Of a stretch of DNA of 64,000 nt, positions 13,901 through 24,340 are shown in pieces. A program made the translations under genes and the position numbers. Under the pieces are notes generated by a model that was not told the DNA's origin, did not search any database, and saw only the letters and a program-made list of their open reading frames with translations. The DNA lies in contig MU058482.1 in assembly GCA_013265495.1 (NCBI GenBank), forward strand, positions 158,962 to 222,961. The letters run 5' to 3'. The stretch is from Vicugna vicugna (lineage: Eukaryota). Numbering within the stretch: the first letter of the stretch is position 1; each line of letters begins with the position of its first letter.

Positions 13901-16900
13901 AATAAATAAACCTAATTACTTTCCCCCCAACACACACACACACAATGTTAAGGCCCTTGTGATTATCTGAAGTTTCAAAATATGATTCAACACAATGTTT
14001 CAGTGAAAGTAGATGTCAAAAGGTCTCCCTTCCCTTGACATACATATTGCCAATATCAGCCTCAGAAATGAATGATTCATAAACAGGAAAACAGTTCTAA
14101 TTTCAGTATATGTGTATTTTAGTATATGTGTATTTTAGCTTAATCGCTTTGCCACTGACAATGTAATTTCTCTAATCCATAATATTGGGACTCCTCCCAA
14201 AATTTAAAGTCCCATGTGTACATATTGTTGGCTGAGTTTTTAAGGTTTTTATCCCCACGATTTTCTTTGAGGAAGAGAGCACACCTGTAGTATTATCACT
14301 TTATAAAAAGGGAAACGGTGGCTTAGCATGGTGTTACTGACCACTATGCCTCAGTTTACCAGACAGGCAAGAACAGAACTGGGACTGGAACAATGTGGAT
14401 TTACCGATGTCCTGGCAAACCACAAAAGTAAGGGCTTGTGGTCACTTCCTATAAGTAAGATAAGCTCTTTTAGGAAGCGGGAAACCCCTTAGGTCTCATT
14501 TCAAGGTAGAAAGCAAATGCAGAGGACCTGGTCCAGGAGGCATCTTACCCCTACTTATCCCCTCTGAATAGGAGGCCACCTCTGTGCCGGGGAGCAGGTG
14601 CTAAGTCATTTCCAGGCATTCAAACCAGGTTGGGGCTAAAAGGGGCTTTATGTGCTGAGAGGCTGCCTGGTAGCTCGTCCTGCATTTTTCCCATTGTTTC
14701 AGGAGGAGCTCCCCTCCCCCCAGGTTAGAGCTAGGTGGGCCTCTGTAGGCCTCTGCTGGCTCACATCTCCCCAAACCCAACTGTCCTTAAGAGTTATGTG
14801 TTGACAGAGGACAATGGAGGAAGAAGCGTAGAGAAGAGGGTAGTAAATGGGAGATGGCTCCGTAAATAAGCATAAACCCTGTAAATTAAGTGTGGGCCGG
14901 GTGATCTGTGGAGTAACTCGCATTCAGCTATTATTCTGGGGGAGAAGAGGCGGGGAGTAAAGGGGCTTAGTGTTCCGCAGAGAAGAGTCCTGAAATGACT
15001 TCCTTGGAAATTCTACCTCGCAGCCTCCCACCCTGAGAAACTTTTGTGAGGGGGGATGGGGAATACGGTGGGAGAGGGGGACAAATTTTGGGGTGTTTGG
15101 GGGGGTTTTATGTATGGATGAGCAGTAGATGTTCAGGGATCCCCCTCCTGCTCTGACTCGCAGACCTCTGAGATCAGACCACCCTTTCTGGAGTCCATGT
15201 TTTCCAGCCTCAGCGGAACCTTTATCCAAAGGAAAATAAGAGAAGCCTATCGCTTTGCTCTATTGAGCAAGGCTGAGTTTCCTACTGTGCCCCCTTGAGC
15301 TTGCTGGGGCGGGGGTGGGGGCAGGCCTGGGCAAAGACATCTGGAGATGGGGGGAGCTGGCAGAGGGCAAGGAAAGGTGGACCCCCACCGTGTCCCACAG
15401 CACCTGTCACTGAGCCTCCGGAAACCCTCCCTGCCTCTGGGCTCCCGCCCCCACACATCTTTCTCCCGCTCCCCCCCCCCCCCCCCCCCCCCCCCCCCAC
15501 ATCTCCCCTCTCCCAGCTTTCTCGCTCCAGCTCCTCCCCTCCTCCGCGCCTCCTCGATCCCCTCCCCCTCCTCCGCGGCTCCCTGCCCCGCCGCCGCCGA
15601 TCTCCATCTCTGCAGTCTGGGCCGCTGGGCGCAGAGGCTGCCGCAGCCCCGGCCGCCACTGCCGCCTCCCCCAATCCAGATTCCCATTGTCTCCCACTCC
15701 CCCTGGCCTTCCACCTCCCGCACAACCATGGCGCACGAAGCCGGGAGGAACTCTCGTCTTGGGGGGCCCTGCGGGGAGCCGGCGGAGCTTGGAGGTGCGG
15801 TAGGGCCCAGCCCGGGCAGGGGATCCCCGCGCCCCCTCCCTCCCCCTGTCTCCTCTTCCTCCCTGCTCCCTGGCACAGGGTGCCGGGGTGTCTCCTGGCC
15901 AGGCGGGTCAGCACTGAGCTGTAGCCTTCTGCACCGCCTGATGGTGAGCTCATCTCCCCACCCCCAACTAGCGGTTACTGGGCTCGTTGTTAATTAGAGC
16001 CTCTGTATACCCACCCCAACCGCACTACCCACGCTCTCTCCTTGTCTTCTCCCCAGGTGATGCTAGCGAGGAGGACCACCCCCAAGTCTGTGCCAAGTGC
16101 TGCGCACAATTCACTGACCCAACTGAATTCTTCGCCCACCAGAACGCATGTTCTACTGAGCCCCCTGTTATGGTGATAATTGGGGGCCAGGAGAACCCCA
16201 ACAACTCCTCGGCATCTTCTGAACCCCGGCCTGAGGGCCACAATAGTCCCCAGGTCATGGAGGCAGAACACAGCAACCCCTCGGATTCCGGGGCCTCTGT
16301 ACCCACAGATCCCACCTGGGGCCCAGAGCGGAGGGGAGAGGAGTCTTCTGGGCACTTCCTTGTCGCTGCCACAGGTACAGCAGCTGGGGGAGGTGGGGGC
16401 CTGATCTTGGCCAGCCCTAAGCTGGGAGCAACCCCGTTACCTCCAGAATCCACCCCTGCACCCCCTCCTCCTCCACCTCCTCCTCCTCCGCCCCCAGGTG
16501 TAGGCAGTGGCCACTTGAACATCCCTCTGATCTTGGAAGAGCTCCGGGTGCTGCAGCAGCGGCAGATCCATCAGATGCAGATGACTGAGCAAATCTGCCG
16601 GCAGGTGCTGCTGCTTGGCTCCTTAGGCCAGACGGTGGGCACCCCTTCCAGCCCCTCAGAGCTACCTGGGACAGGGGCTGCCTCCTCCACTAAGCCCCTG
16701 CTTCCCCTCTTCAGCCCCATCAAGCCTGTCCAGACTGGCAAGACACTGGCACCTTCCTCTACCTCTGCCTCCTCAGGGGCAGAAACACCCAAGCAGGCTT
16801 TCTTCCACCTTTACCATCCACTGGGGTCACAGCACCCTTTTTCTGCTGGAGGGGCTGGGCGAAGCCACAAACCCACCCCAGCCCCCTCCCCGGCCCTGCC

Positions 16901-19007
16901 AGGCAGCACAGACCAGCTGATTGCCTCACCTCACCTGGCATTCCCAGGCACCACAGGACTGCTAGCCGCACAGTGTCTGGGGGCAGCCCGGGGCCTCGAG
17001 GCTGCTGCCTCCCCAGGGCTCCTGAAGCCAAAGAATGGAAGTGGTGAGCTGGGCTATGGGGAAGTGATGGGTCCCTTGGAGAAGCCTGGCGGACGGCACA
17101 AGTGCCGCTTCTGTGCCAAAGTATTTGGCAGTGACAGCGCCCTGCAGATCCACCTGCGTTCTCACACAGGTGAGAGGCCCTATAAGTGTAACGTCTGCGG
17201 CAACCGCTTTACCACGCGCGGCAACCTCAAAGTTCATTTCCACCGGCATCGTGAGAAGTATCCCCATGTGCAGATGAACCCTCACCCGGTGCCAGAGCAC
17301 CTAGACTACGTCATCACCAGTAGCGGCCTGCCCTACGGTATGTCCGTGCCGCCAGAGAAGGCCGAGGAGGAGGGGGCCATGCCAGGCGGTGGGGTGGAAC
17401 GCAAGCCTCTGGTGGCCTCCACCACGGCTCTCAGTGCCACGGAGAGCCTGACGCTGCTCTCCACCGGTGCGGGCACGGCCACGGCTCCTGCGCTCCCTGC
17501 TTTCAATAAGTTCGTGCTCATGAAAGCGGTAGAGCCAAAGAGTAAAGCTGATGAGAACACCCCACCTGGGAGTGAGGGCTCGGCCATCACTGGGGTGGCA
17601 GAAAGTGGCCCAGCCACCCGCATGCAGCTAAGTAAGCTGGTGACTTCGCTTCCCAGCTGGGCACTGCTTACCAACCACTTCAAGTCCACCGGTAGCTTCC
17701 CCTTCCCTTATGTGTTGGAGCCCTTGGGGGCCTCCCCGTCTGAGACATCGAAGCTGCAGCAACTAGTAGAAAAGATTGACCGTCAAGGAGCCGTGGCAGT
17801 GGCCTCTACGGCCTCTGGAGCCCCCGCCACCTCTGCCCCTGCAACTTCGTCCTCAGCCTCATCTGGACCTAACCAGTGTGTCATTTGCCTCCGGGTGCTG
17901 AGCTGTCCCAGAGCGCTGCGCCTGCATTATGGCCAACATGGAGGGGAGCGGCCCTTCAAATGCAAAGTGTGTGGCAGAGCTTTCTCTACCCGGGGCAATC
18001 TGCGTGCGCATTTTGTGGGCCACAAGGCCAGTCCAGCTGCCCGGGCCCAAAACTCCTGTCCTATCTGCCAGAAGAAGTTCACCAATGCTGTCACTCTGCA
18101 GCAGCACGTTCGGATGCACCTGGGGGGCCAGATCCCCAACGGTGGGACTGTGCTCCCTGAAGGCGGGGGAGCTGCCCAGGAGAATGGCTCTGAGCAATCT
18201 GCGGTCTCCGGGGCAGGGAGCTTCCCCCAGCAGCCGTCCCAGCAACCATCCCCAGAAGAGGAGCTATCCGAAGAGGAGGAAGAGGATGAAGAAGAAGAGG
18301 AAGACGTGACTGATGAAGATTCCCTGGCAGGGAGAGGCTCTGAGAGTGGAGGTGAGAAGGCAATATCAGTGCGAGGTGATTCAGAAGAGGCCTCTGGGGC
18401 AGAAGACGAAGTGGGGACCGTGGCAGCAGCGGCCACAGCTGGGAAGGAGATGGACAGCAATGAGAAAGCGATTCACCAGCCTTCTCTGCCGCCACCGCCA
18501 CTGCCACCACCCGACAGCCTGGATCAAACCCAGCCAATGGAGCAGGGAGGCAGTGATGTTGCAGGAGGTGCAGAGGAGGGGGGCAAACCGGAGAGGAGCT
18601 CCAGCCCAGCGTCAGCTCTGGTCCTAGAAGGGGAAGGCAGCAGTACCACCTTGGTGGATGAGCTGAGCATGCAGGAAGCGATGAGAAAGGAGCCAGGAGA
18701 GAGCAGCAGCAGGAAGGCCTGTGAGGTGTGTGGCCAGATCTTTCCCACCCAGGCAGGTCTGGAGGAGCATCAGAAAGCCCACCCCAAGGAGGGGCCGCTC
18801 TTCACTTGTGTTTTCTGCAGGCAGGGCTTCCTCGAGCGGGCTACCCTCAAGAAGCATATGCTGCTGGCTCACCACCAGGTACCGCCCTTTGCCTCCCACG
18901 GCCCTCAGAATATTGCTGCTCTCTCCTTGGTTCCAGGCTGTTCACCCTCCATCACTTCCCCAGGGCTTCCGCCCTTTCCCCGGAAGGATGACCCCACAAT
19001 CCCATGA
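7856..19007 (+). CDS. SALL2: Sal-like protein 2 (spalt-family C2H2 zinc-finger transcription factor); E1 isoform join(7856..7928,16057..19007)=1007 aa; E1A isoform join(15728..15794,16057..19007)=1005 aa
   Basis: ORF 15987-19007 encodes an N-terminal C2HC finger ([11 protein letters not shown]), a Q-rich region ([10 protein letters not shown]) and paired C2H2 fingers with the SAL box [16 protein letters not shown]. Both first exons end in phase-1 GT donors that match the acceptor ccccag|GT at 16057. Spliced lengths are 3024 and 3018 nt, both multiples of 3. Confidence 0.97.
9035..9250 (+). mobile_element. MIR SINE (similar MIRs near 3200, 6950, 11250, 35050, 38920, 47200, 51780)
   Basis: ttcaaatcctggctctaccactt...ctcagtttcctcatctgtaaa core. 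Confidence 0.7.
9339..9502. repeat. Perfect 52-bp interspersed direct repeat (9339-9390, 9451-9502)
   Basis: aaagctcaggagcctcttggcgaacttcagcatttctttatggtaggataat occurs twice. Confidence 0.9.
11470..11835 (-). mobile_element. Old L1M 3' fragment
   Basis: Typical L1M text: acaattcagtggcgttaagtatactcacaacattgtgcaactatcacc...atgaaatcat...tcaaggctcatccacgttgtagcatg. Confidence 0.7.
12705..12885. mobile_element. MER5A-like hAT DNA transposon
   Basis: gaatcacttgaggagcttt...ctgaattaattgatctggg...tttttaaaagctctcccagtaattctaat...agtttgagaacc. Confidence 0.6.
13813..13940 (+). mobile_element. tRNA-derived SINE (same family) with TSD
   Basis: A and B boxes; TSD cacaatgtta at 13803-13812 / 13941-13950. 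Confidence 0.85.
15400..15910 (+). promoter_or_regulatory. SALL2: GC/CpG-rich promoter of SALL2 E1A with a C28 homopolymer (15471-15498)
   Basis: High GC and CpG density, GC boxes (ccgccc), directly upstream of and around the E1A ATG. Confidence 0.7.
15728..15794 (+). CDS. SALL2: SALL2 alternative first coding exon E1A ([22 protein letters not shown])
   Basis: Strong Kozak ACCATGG in a CpG island; donor G|GTGCGG at 15795; phase matches exon 2. Confidence 0.92.
16057..19007 (+). CDS. SALL2: SALL2 main coding exon 2 (zinc fingers, 12-Pro run, acidic tract) to stop TGA
   Basis: Pyrimidine tract plus CAG acceptor at 16054-16056; uninterrupted ORF ending ...RKDDPTIP*. Confidence 0.97.
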
Positions 19008-19337
19008 GCCTGGTTTTTGGTACCTGCTGCCCCTAGACCCAGAGGGCAGAAACTTAGAGTTCTGTTGAAGGACCTCCGAGAGCTATGCGCCCTTATTTGT
19101 CTGTTTTTCTGAGTTCTTATGTACTATGTCCCTAGTGGCTTTTCTCTAAATCCTGAGCTTTGGAATCATTATGTTCACAGGGGGATGGCCCCCTGAGAAA
19201 TTTTTCTTCCCTTCTCATTCGTTGTACCTGAGGAAAATAGATTCTCTACAGTTTTCACATTCCCAACAAGAACCCTATCCAGCCTCCTTGGGGATGACCC
19301 GTCTACCCTCTCCTCCCTCTCCCTTTCCCTTTGGCAG

Positions 19338-19552
19338 GTGTACTGATCACCCACATTCGGAATTACAGCCCAGCCCAAAGGGGCCGGCAGCTGTCCCTGG
19401 AGGGCCTAGTGCCACTCCTCTCTGGCGACCAGGTCAACTTGCAGGACTTCTTGTCCCAGGGAATTCCTGCCCAGCTGGTGAGGGTGGGCCCCCTGTCTTT
19501 CTGGAACCAGGACACAGCTTTCCTGTCAAGTGACCTACCCACCAAGCCCTAG
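19338..19552 (+). other. SALL2: Cryptic/relic SALL2 exon 3, homologous to the terminal exon of SALL1/SALL3/SALL4
   Basis: Long pyrimidine tract plus ttggcag| acceptor. Translation VLITHIRNYSPAQRGRQLSLEG...PLSFWNQDTAFLSSDLPTKP resembles SALL1 [22 protein letters not shown]...[19 protein letters not shown] (SALL1 sequence recalled from memory). Confidence 0.7.
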
Positions 19553-20663
19553 ACTTCCAGCTCCAGCTCCAGCTCCACTACCACTTCAGGCCCTGCACCA
19601 CCAGTGCTGTTGGGCCTGGGAACTGTGGCTGGGAAGTTGCCTCCAGCAATGGGATCCAGAGAAGCCCAGAAGAGAGCCCCTCCTTCCCTTTTTTGTCTCT
19701 TGCATCCAAGACAGTGCCTGAGAAGCCCATCATAGAAGAAAAGTAACAAATTGTACATTCCGCCCCCTTCCCCCTGCTCCAGAAGGTGCCAACAATGAAG
19801 ATGTAACAATTTCTGTATCTGGTGGCTCAGTCTCAGGGAGGAGGGAGAAACGAAGGGCATAGGACACTCTTCCCAGTAGCAGGGCACTAATGTGCCTTAG
19901 TCACGTTAAGGCAAAATTGGCTGATTGATGTGCTGAGACATTTCCAGCCTCTCATATCCTTCATCTTTGCCTCTCAAAGTTAGGGAGCAAGTGGATTTCT
20001 TGCCAAGGGGTCTCCCATGGGATATTTTTGAGAAGGAAATGTGAAGTTCGTATCTTTAACAAGCACTGTTGATGAGGGAGGGCAGTTGAAGGAATAATGG
20101 AGTTGAAGAGTGTTGCCAAAGCAGAGGGCTGGCTGAGAACCTATGTGCTTAAGGAAGGGGCATGCTGTAAGGGAGGGGGCCTCAAGTTCTTGATTGGGTC
20201 TCACGAATGTTCTTTTAGACTAATGATGATTTAGTGTGCAACAGTGCACCATGGGTCATGGGGGATTTCCTAGCACTAGTGTGCTCTAGTTTTAGATAAC
20301 TCCTTCCTTTATTCCCTGGCCCCTTGTATCTTCCTCATCTTACTCTCTCAAGGTCCATTTCCTCCCCATTTTGCCTGACCATGGGCGGGGTCGCATGTCT
20401 TTGCCACTGTCTGGTTCTTAAGAGTCCCAGACTTTGGGAGATGAGCTCCCGGCACTCTCCTCCCTGCCTCTCTGACTTGTAATGAGATGTAGTATTTACT
20501 CTTAACATAGGATCATTTGGTACAGGAGTTCTGAGGAGAGGGTGAGGGTTCTGCGATTGACTGACTTGAGGGATGACTTCTCCAAAGGTGTAGGCTCCAG
20601 AGTTTCCTAACATAGTAAAATGTGAAGAGCAGACGAGGGAGATGGTAGTGTCTTTCCCTTTTC

Positions 20664-20669
20664 ATTAAA
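20664..20669 (+). terminator. SALL2: Probable SALL2 polyadenylation signal (ATTAAA)
   Basis: ATTAAA about 1.66 kb after the stop, followed by a GU/U-rich element (tttgtgtgtttctccttttttcgt). Confidence 0.55.
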
Positions 20670-21333
20670 GGTGTTTTAACTAAATATTTGTGTGTTTCTC
20701 CTTTTTTCGTGACTAAATAGCCAGCTGGCGTGTGATACGGGCATTCCCTAACATTGCGATTCCCTTCCCACTTAAATCTCCTGCCAAAGCTGAGCATATG
20801 GTGCTGAAATATTTAATTCACTCAGCCTTGTCCTAAAACAGCCTCCAGTGAATGTAATTTTTCTGTAGAAATGGTATTTATGTTCTCAGAAGGTAGGGGA
20901 GTTAACTGTGTACAGCCATTGTCTAGGTTTTCTTTTTGCCTAGAACCTTCCATCACTAGGCTTTTGTGTTTTGGTTTTTGTTTTGTTTGGAGGTTGGAAG
21001 CTGTTTATCAGTCTTTGCTGAACCCCAGGACCAGCCTAGCTGACATCAGTTAATCTCTAGAATTAAGATGAGTATCTTTACGATCCTTTATCTCATGTTA
21101 TAAATAGGAGAAAAAAGTAATTCAACCCTAATAATTTCTACCAACAAGAGCATATATTCAAAACAAAAAGATCATAAAGGGAAAGGAAGTACATTGGGGG
21201 GGAGCATGAAATGAAGTGTATATATATATATATTTTTTTTTTAATTCTGTCTCTCTACAACCTAGTAAGATTTAGATTTGACTCTAAAACCTTGCTTTTC
21301 TAAAGAGAACATTCTCCAGATTTTTTTTTTTTT

Positions 21334-21476
21334 NNNNNNNNNNNNNNNNNNNNNNNNNNNNNNNNNNNNNNNNNNNNNNNNNNNNNNNNNNNNNNNNNNN
21401 NNNNNNNNNNNNNNNNNNNNNNNNNNNNNNNNNNNNNNNNNNNNNNNNNNNNNNNNNNNNNNNNNNNNNNNNNNNN
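21334..21476. other. Assembly gap (143 N) flanked by a duplicated segment of about 120 bp
   Basis: 21211-21333 is nearly identical to 21477-21600. Confidence 0.95.
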
Positions 21477-23679
21477 ATGAAGTGTAATATATATATATTT
21501 TTTTTTTAATTCTGTCTCTCTACAACCTAGTAAGATTTAGATTTGACTCTAAAACCTTGCTTTTCTAAAGAGAACATTCTCCAGATTTTTTTTTTTTTTT
21601 GCATTTGTAAGATTTAATTACTGAAACCAGGTGCTAAAGGGATGGGACTGGTAAAATGATTTGCCTATGGTCCTTCAGCCAATCAGTGGCAGAGCTGGAT
21701 TAAGAGCCCAAGGTGGCAGTATCCCAGTCTCAGTGCTACCACCAGTGGTCAGGGATGGTGCTTGCTTCCTGAGTGAGGCTGGTGGAAGAAAGAAGGGGAG
21801 AGGTGAATAAACCTATTACTTGGCTCCATTCAAGGTAAAGAACAGAGGTCTGCCTCTAGTTGCCCCCACCAGAGCAGTTCGAATCCCCTTTAAAGGTACT
21901 AGTGACTAGGAACACATGGGAATGTTGTGAAGTCAGCTGGGGAAGAAACAGCTCCTGTTTCTAGTTTCTACCAAAGCTTTAGAAATCTGTTTCTCCTTTC
22001 AGCCTATGGATGGAGGTGGGTCACCAGTCCTTCTATTCCCTTTACCTTCCTTACCCCCATTGGACATAGATAATGCCATTTAACTAATTAAACTAGACTT
22101 GCCCTCTCTCTAGATGCCAGTTCCCATTACGGTAACAGCTGTCAGTGAGGCTTCTACTGATGGATACTTCCTTAGGCAGGTCAGCACTGAGCCTTCATCC
22201 CCAGCCCCTCCTCCATAAGTCTGCTTTATTTTCCCTTCTGGCTCCTTTTCATTCTTCTTTTTCCTCCTACTTTTTCTTCTTTCATGGACCTCTCTTATCT
22301 GACAGCTTTTACTTTTCTCTTTCACCTTTAATTTAGTCTTCTTAGAGCCTTTAGTTTCTTCCTTCTTGCAGCCCCCCTCCCAACCCCACCCTCAGCCCTA
22401 CCATTTCTTACTCTCAATCACTTTTCATTTGATCATTCTGGAAGGTGGATTAACTCTAACCTGCTAGAATGAATATGTAACTAAGTGGAGCTTGCAAAAC
22501 ATTATATGAAATATACACAGTGGCTCCAGTTCAAACTAGATGGATAAAAAGCATCACTATTAAAAAGAAGCAAGAACAACTAAAAAAAAAAGAAGAAGAA
22601 GAAGCAAGAGATGGCTTGGTTCATTCGTTTAGTTAATTTTTGAGGATTTATTTTGTTTCAAAGACCAAGTGTTGGATAGGTACAAAAGTAAACAAGACAT
22701 AGTTCTGCCCTAAGAGAGCTCAGTCAAGGAAGAGGAAAAAATGCACACATCTTTTTATACGGTGGCAGTAAATACTGTGATAGACACAAACAGTGGCCTG
22801 TGGGATTCCAGAAAGGGAAATGACCAACTTATCATACAAAGATGAAGAAGGGGAAGGGAACATGCAGTGCTCTTAAATTCAGCTTTCATAATCATGCTCA
22901 AATATATTAACTGAATCCATATGACTGCCTAAGGACCTATGCAGTTACCATTTAAAAACCTATATAAGATACATCAAAAGCCCTCTGGCAGATACAGAGA
23001 TGTACCACTTCAGAGATGTCCCTTCAAGAAAGAATTGGCTACTTAGCTGCAAGAAACTTGGTTAGTGGACAGCCTCCAGCTGTCCCACTCATCTCCAGAC
23101 CCTGGCCAAAGACGGAGCAAGGTGATGTGTATACAGGGCTTAGCCATTCCCAGGGAACATGGAACTCTAATGAACAGTTCTTCCTATGGAACTCCCCATT
23201 GGTCTGGCAGAGACTGTCACATCTGCATCATGGACAGCTTTGGACAGCTCTCCCTGCCCAATCCCACCTCCATTTCTTTCCAGTAATATTTTTGGACTCT
23301 TGTCTTTGTCTCAGCATCTGCTTTTCCCAAATTTCAACCTATGTCACCCCTAAAAAAGGTTTCAATTCTATTGACACATTATTATTTCACAAATACCTGC
23401 TCCTGGGACTCTGGAACTTCTTAGTAAACCAAGGAACATCTGTCTCCAGATCCCCAAAACAGACTTCACTTAGATATGTATTACTCTCAATTAGACCCAA
23501 CTTTGACTTTCCTTTACATTTCCTCATCTTCTCTAATGTTTAATAATAGATTGACTAATCCCAGTGAAACTTTTGCTTTTGATCACATAATTTAAAAAAC
23601 TGAGTAAGAATAAAACTGAAGGAAAAGACCAATGGGCCAAAGAGCCATTAAGTTGTGCAGTATTTGGTCAGTATTGTGG

Positions 23680-23971
23680 ATGTTTCAGTTATCCATTGCT
23701 GTGTAACAAACAATCCAAAATTTACTGTCTTAAACTATATGCATTTGCTTGTGATTCCATAGGTTGTCTAAACAGGCCTCAGCTAGGATGGTTTGTCTGT
23801 GTTCCATGCTGTGAAGGCTGAGCTCACTCAGCAGCTTTGATTTGAGCTGGAGGATCCAGGATGGCCCCACTCTCTTCTGGCCTCTTGGGTGAAAGGTTGG
23901 AATGTTGGAGCCTTTCTCCTAATAGACTTTCATTCTCCAGGGCCTCCTTTTGACATCTTCAATCTCTAGGA

Positions 23972-24039
<68 letters not shown>

Positions 24040-24340
24040 TCACCAACCCCCACACTCTTCTCTCTTTTTTCTCCCTCTCCTTTTCCCTCTCCCTTTCCTC
24101 ATTTGCTCTCTCTTCAAGTGGTCTAGCTATTAGGATAACTGGACTTCACAAAGACCCAAGTCCCCAAGAAGACAAAAGCAGACAGCAAGGACTCTTAAGG
24201 CCTAGGCTCTGAAACTCAAAGATTATCACTTCTGCCACATTCTGTTGGCCAAAGCTAGTCAGAAGGCCAGCTCAGCTTCAAGAGGAGGGGAAATAAGCTC
24301 TACCTCTTAATGAGAAGAGTGGCAAAGTTATACTGCATAA
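23680..24340. mobile_element. MLT1-like (MaLR) LTR interrupted by a (CT)n microsatellite
   Basis: tgtttcagttatccattgctgtgtaacaaac start and tcacttctgccacattctgttggccaaagc end motifs. Confidence 0.55.
23975..24036. repeat. (CT)n microsatellite, about 30 units
   Basis: Read directly from the sequence. Confidence 0.9.

Noticed and set aside
15247..15997. Several overlapping ORFs of about 200 aa on both strands
   Set aside because: Products are low-complexity G/P/R runs from the GC-rich E1A promoter and the C28 tract; only 15728-15794 has gene-like signals.
15987..16056. Single-exon 1006-aa SALL2 ORF starting at 15987
   Set aside because: It starts at a non-ATG codon within the intron; the real exon begins at the 16057 acceptor.
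15990..18899. Antisense and alternative-frame ORFs over SALL2 exon 2
   Set aside because: Expected shadows of GC-rich coding sequence; no recognisable domains.
23016..23543. 175-aa ATG-initiated intergenic ORF
   Set aside because: No recognisable protein family; lies among degenerate LTR-like sequence; likely chance.
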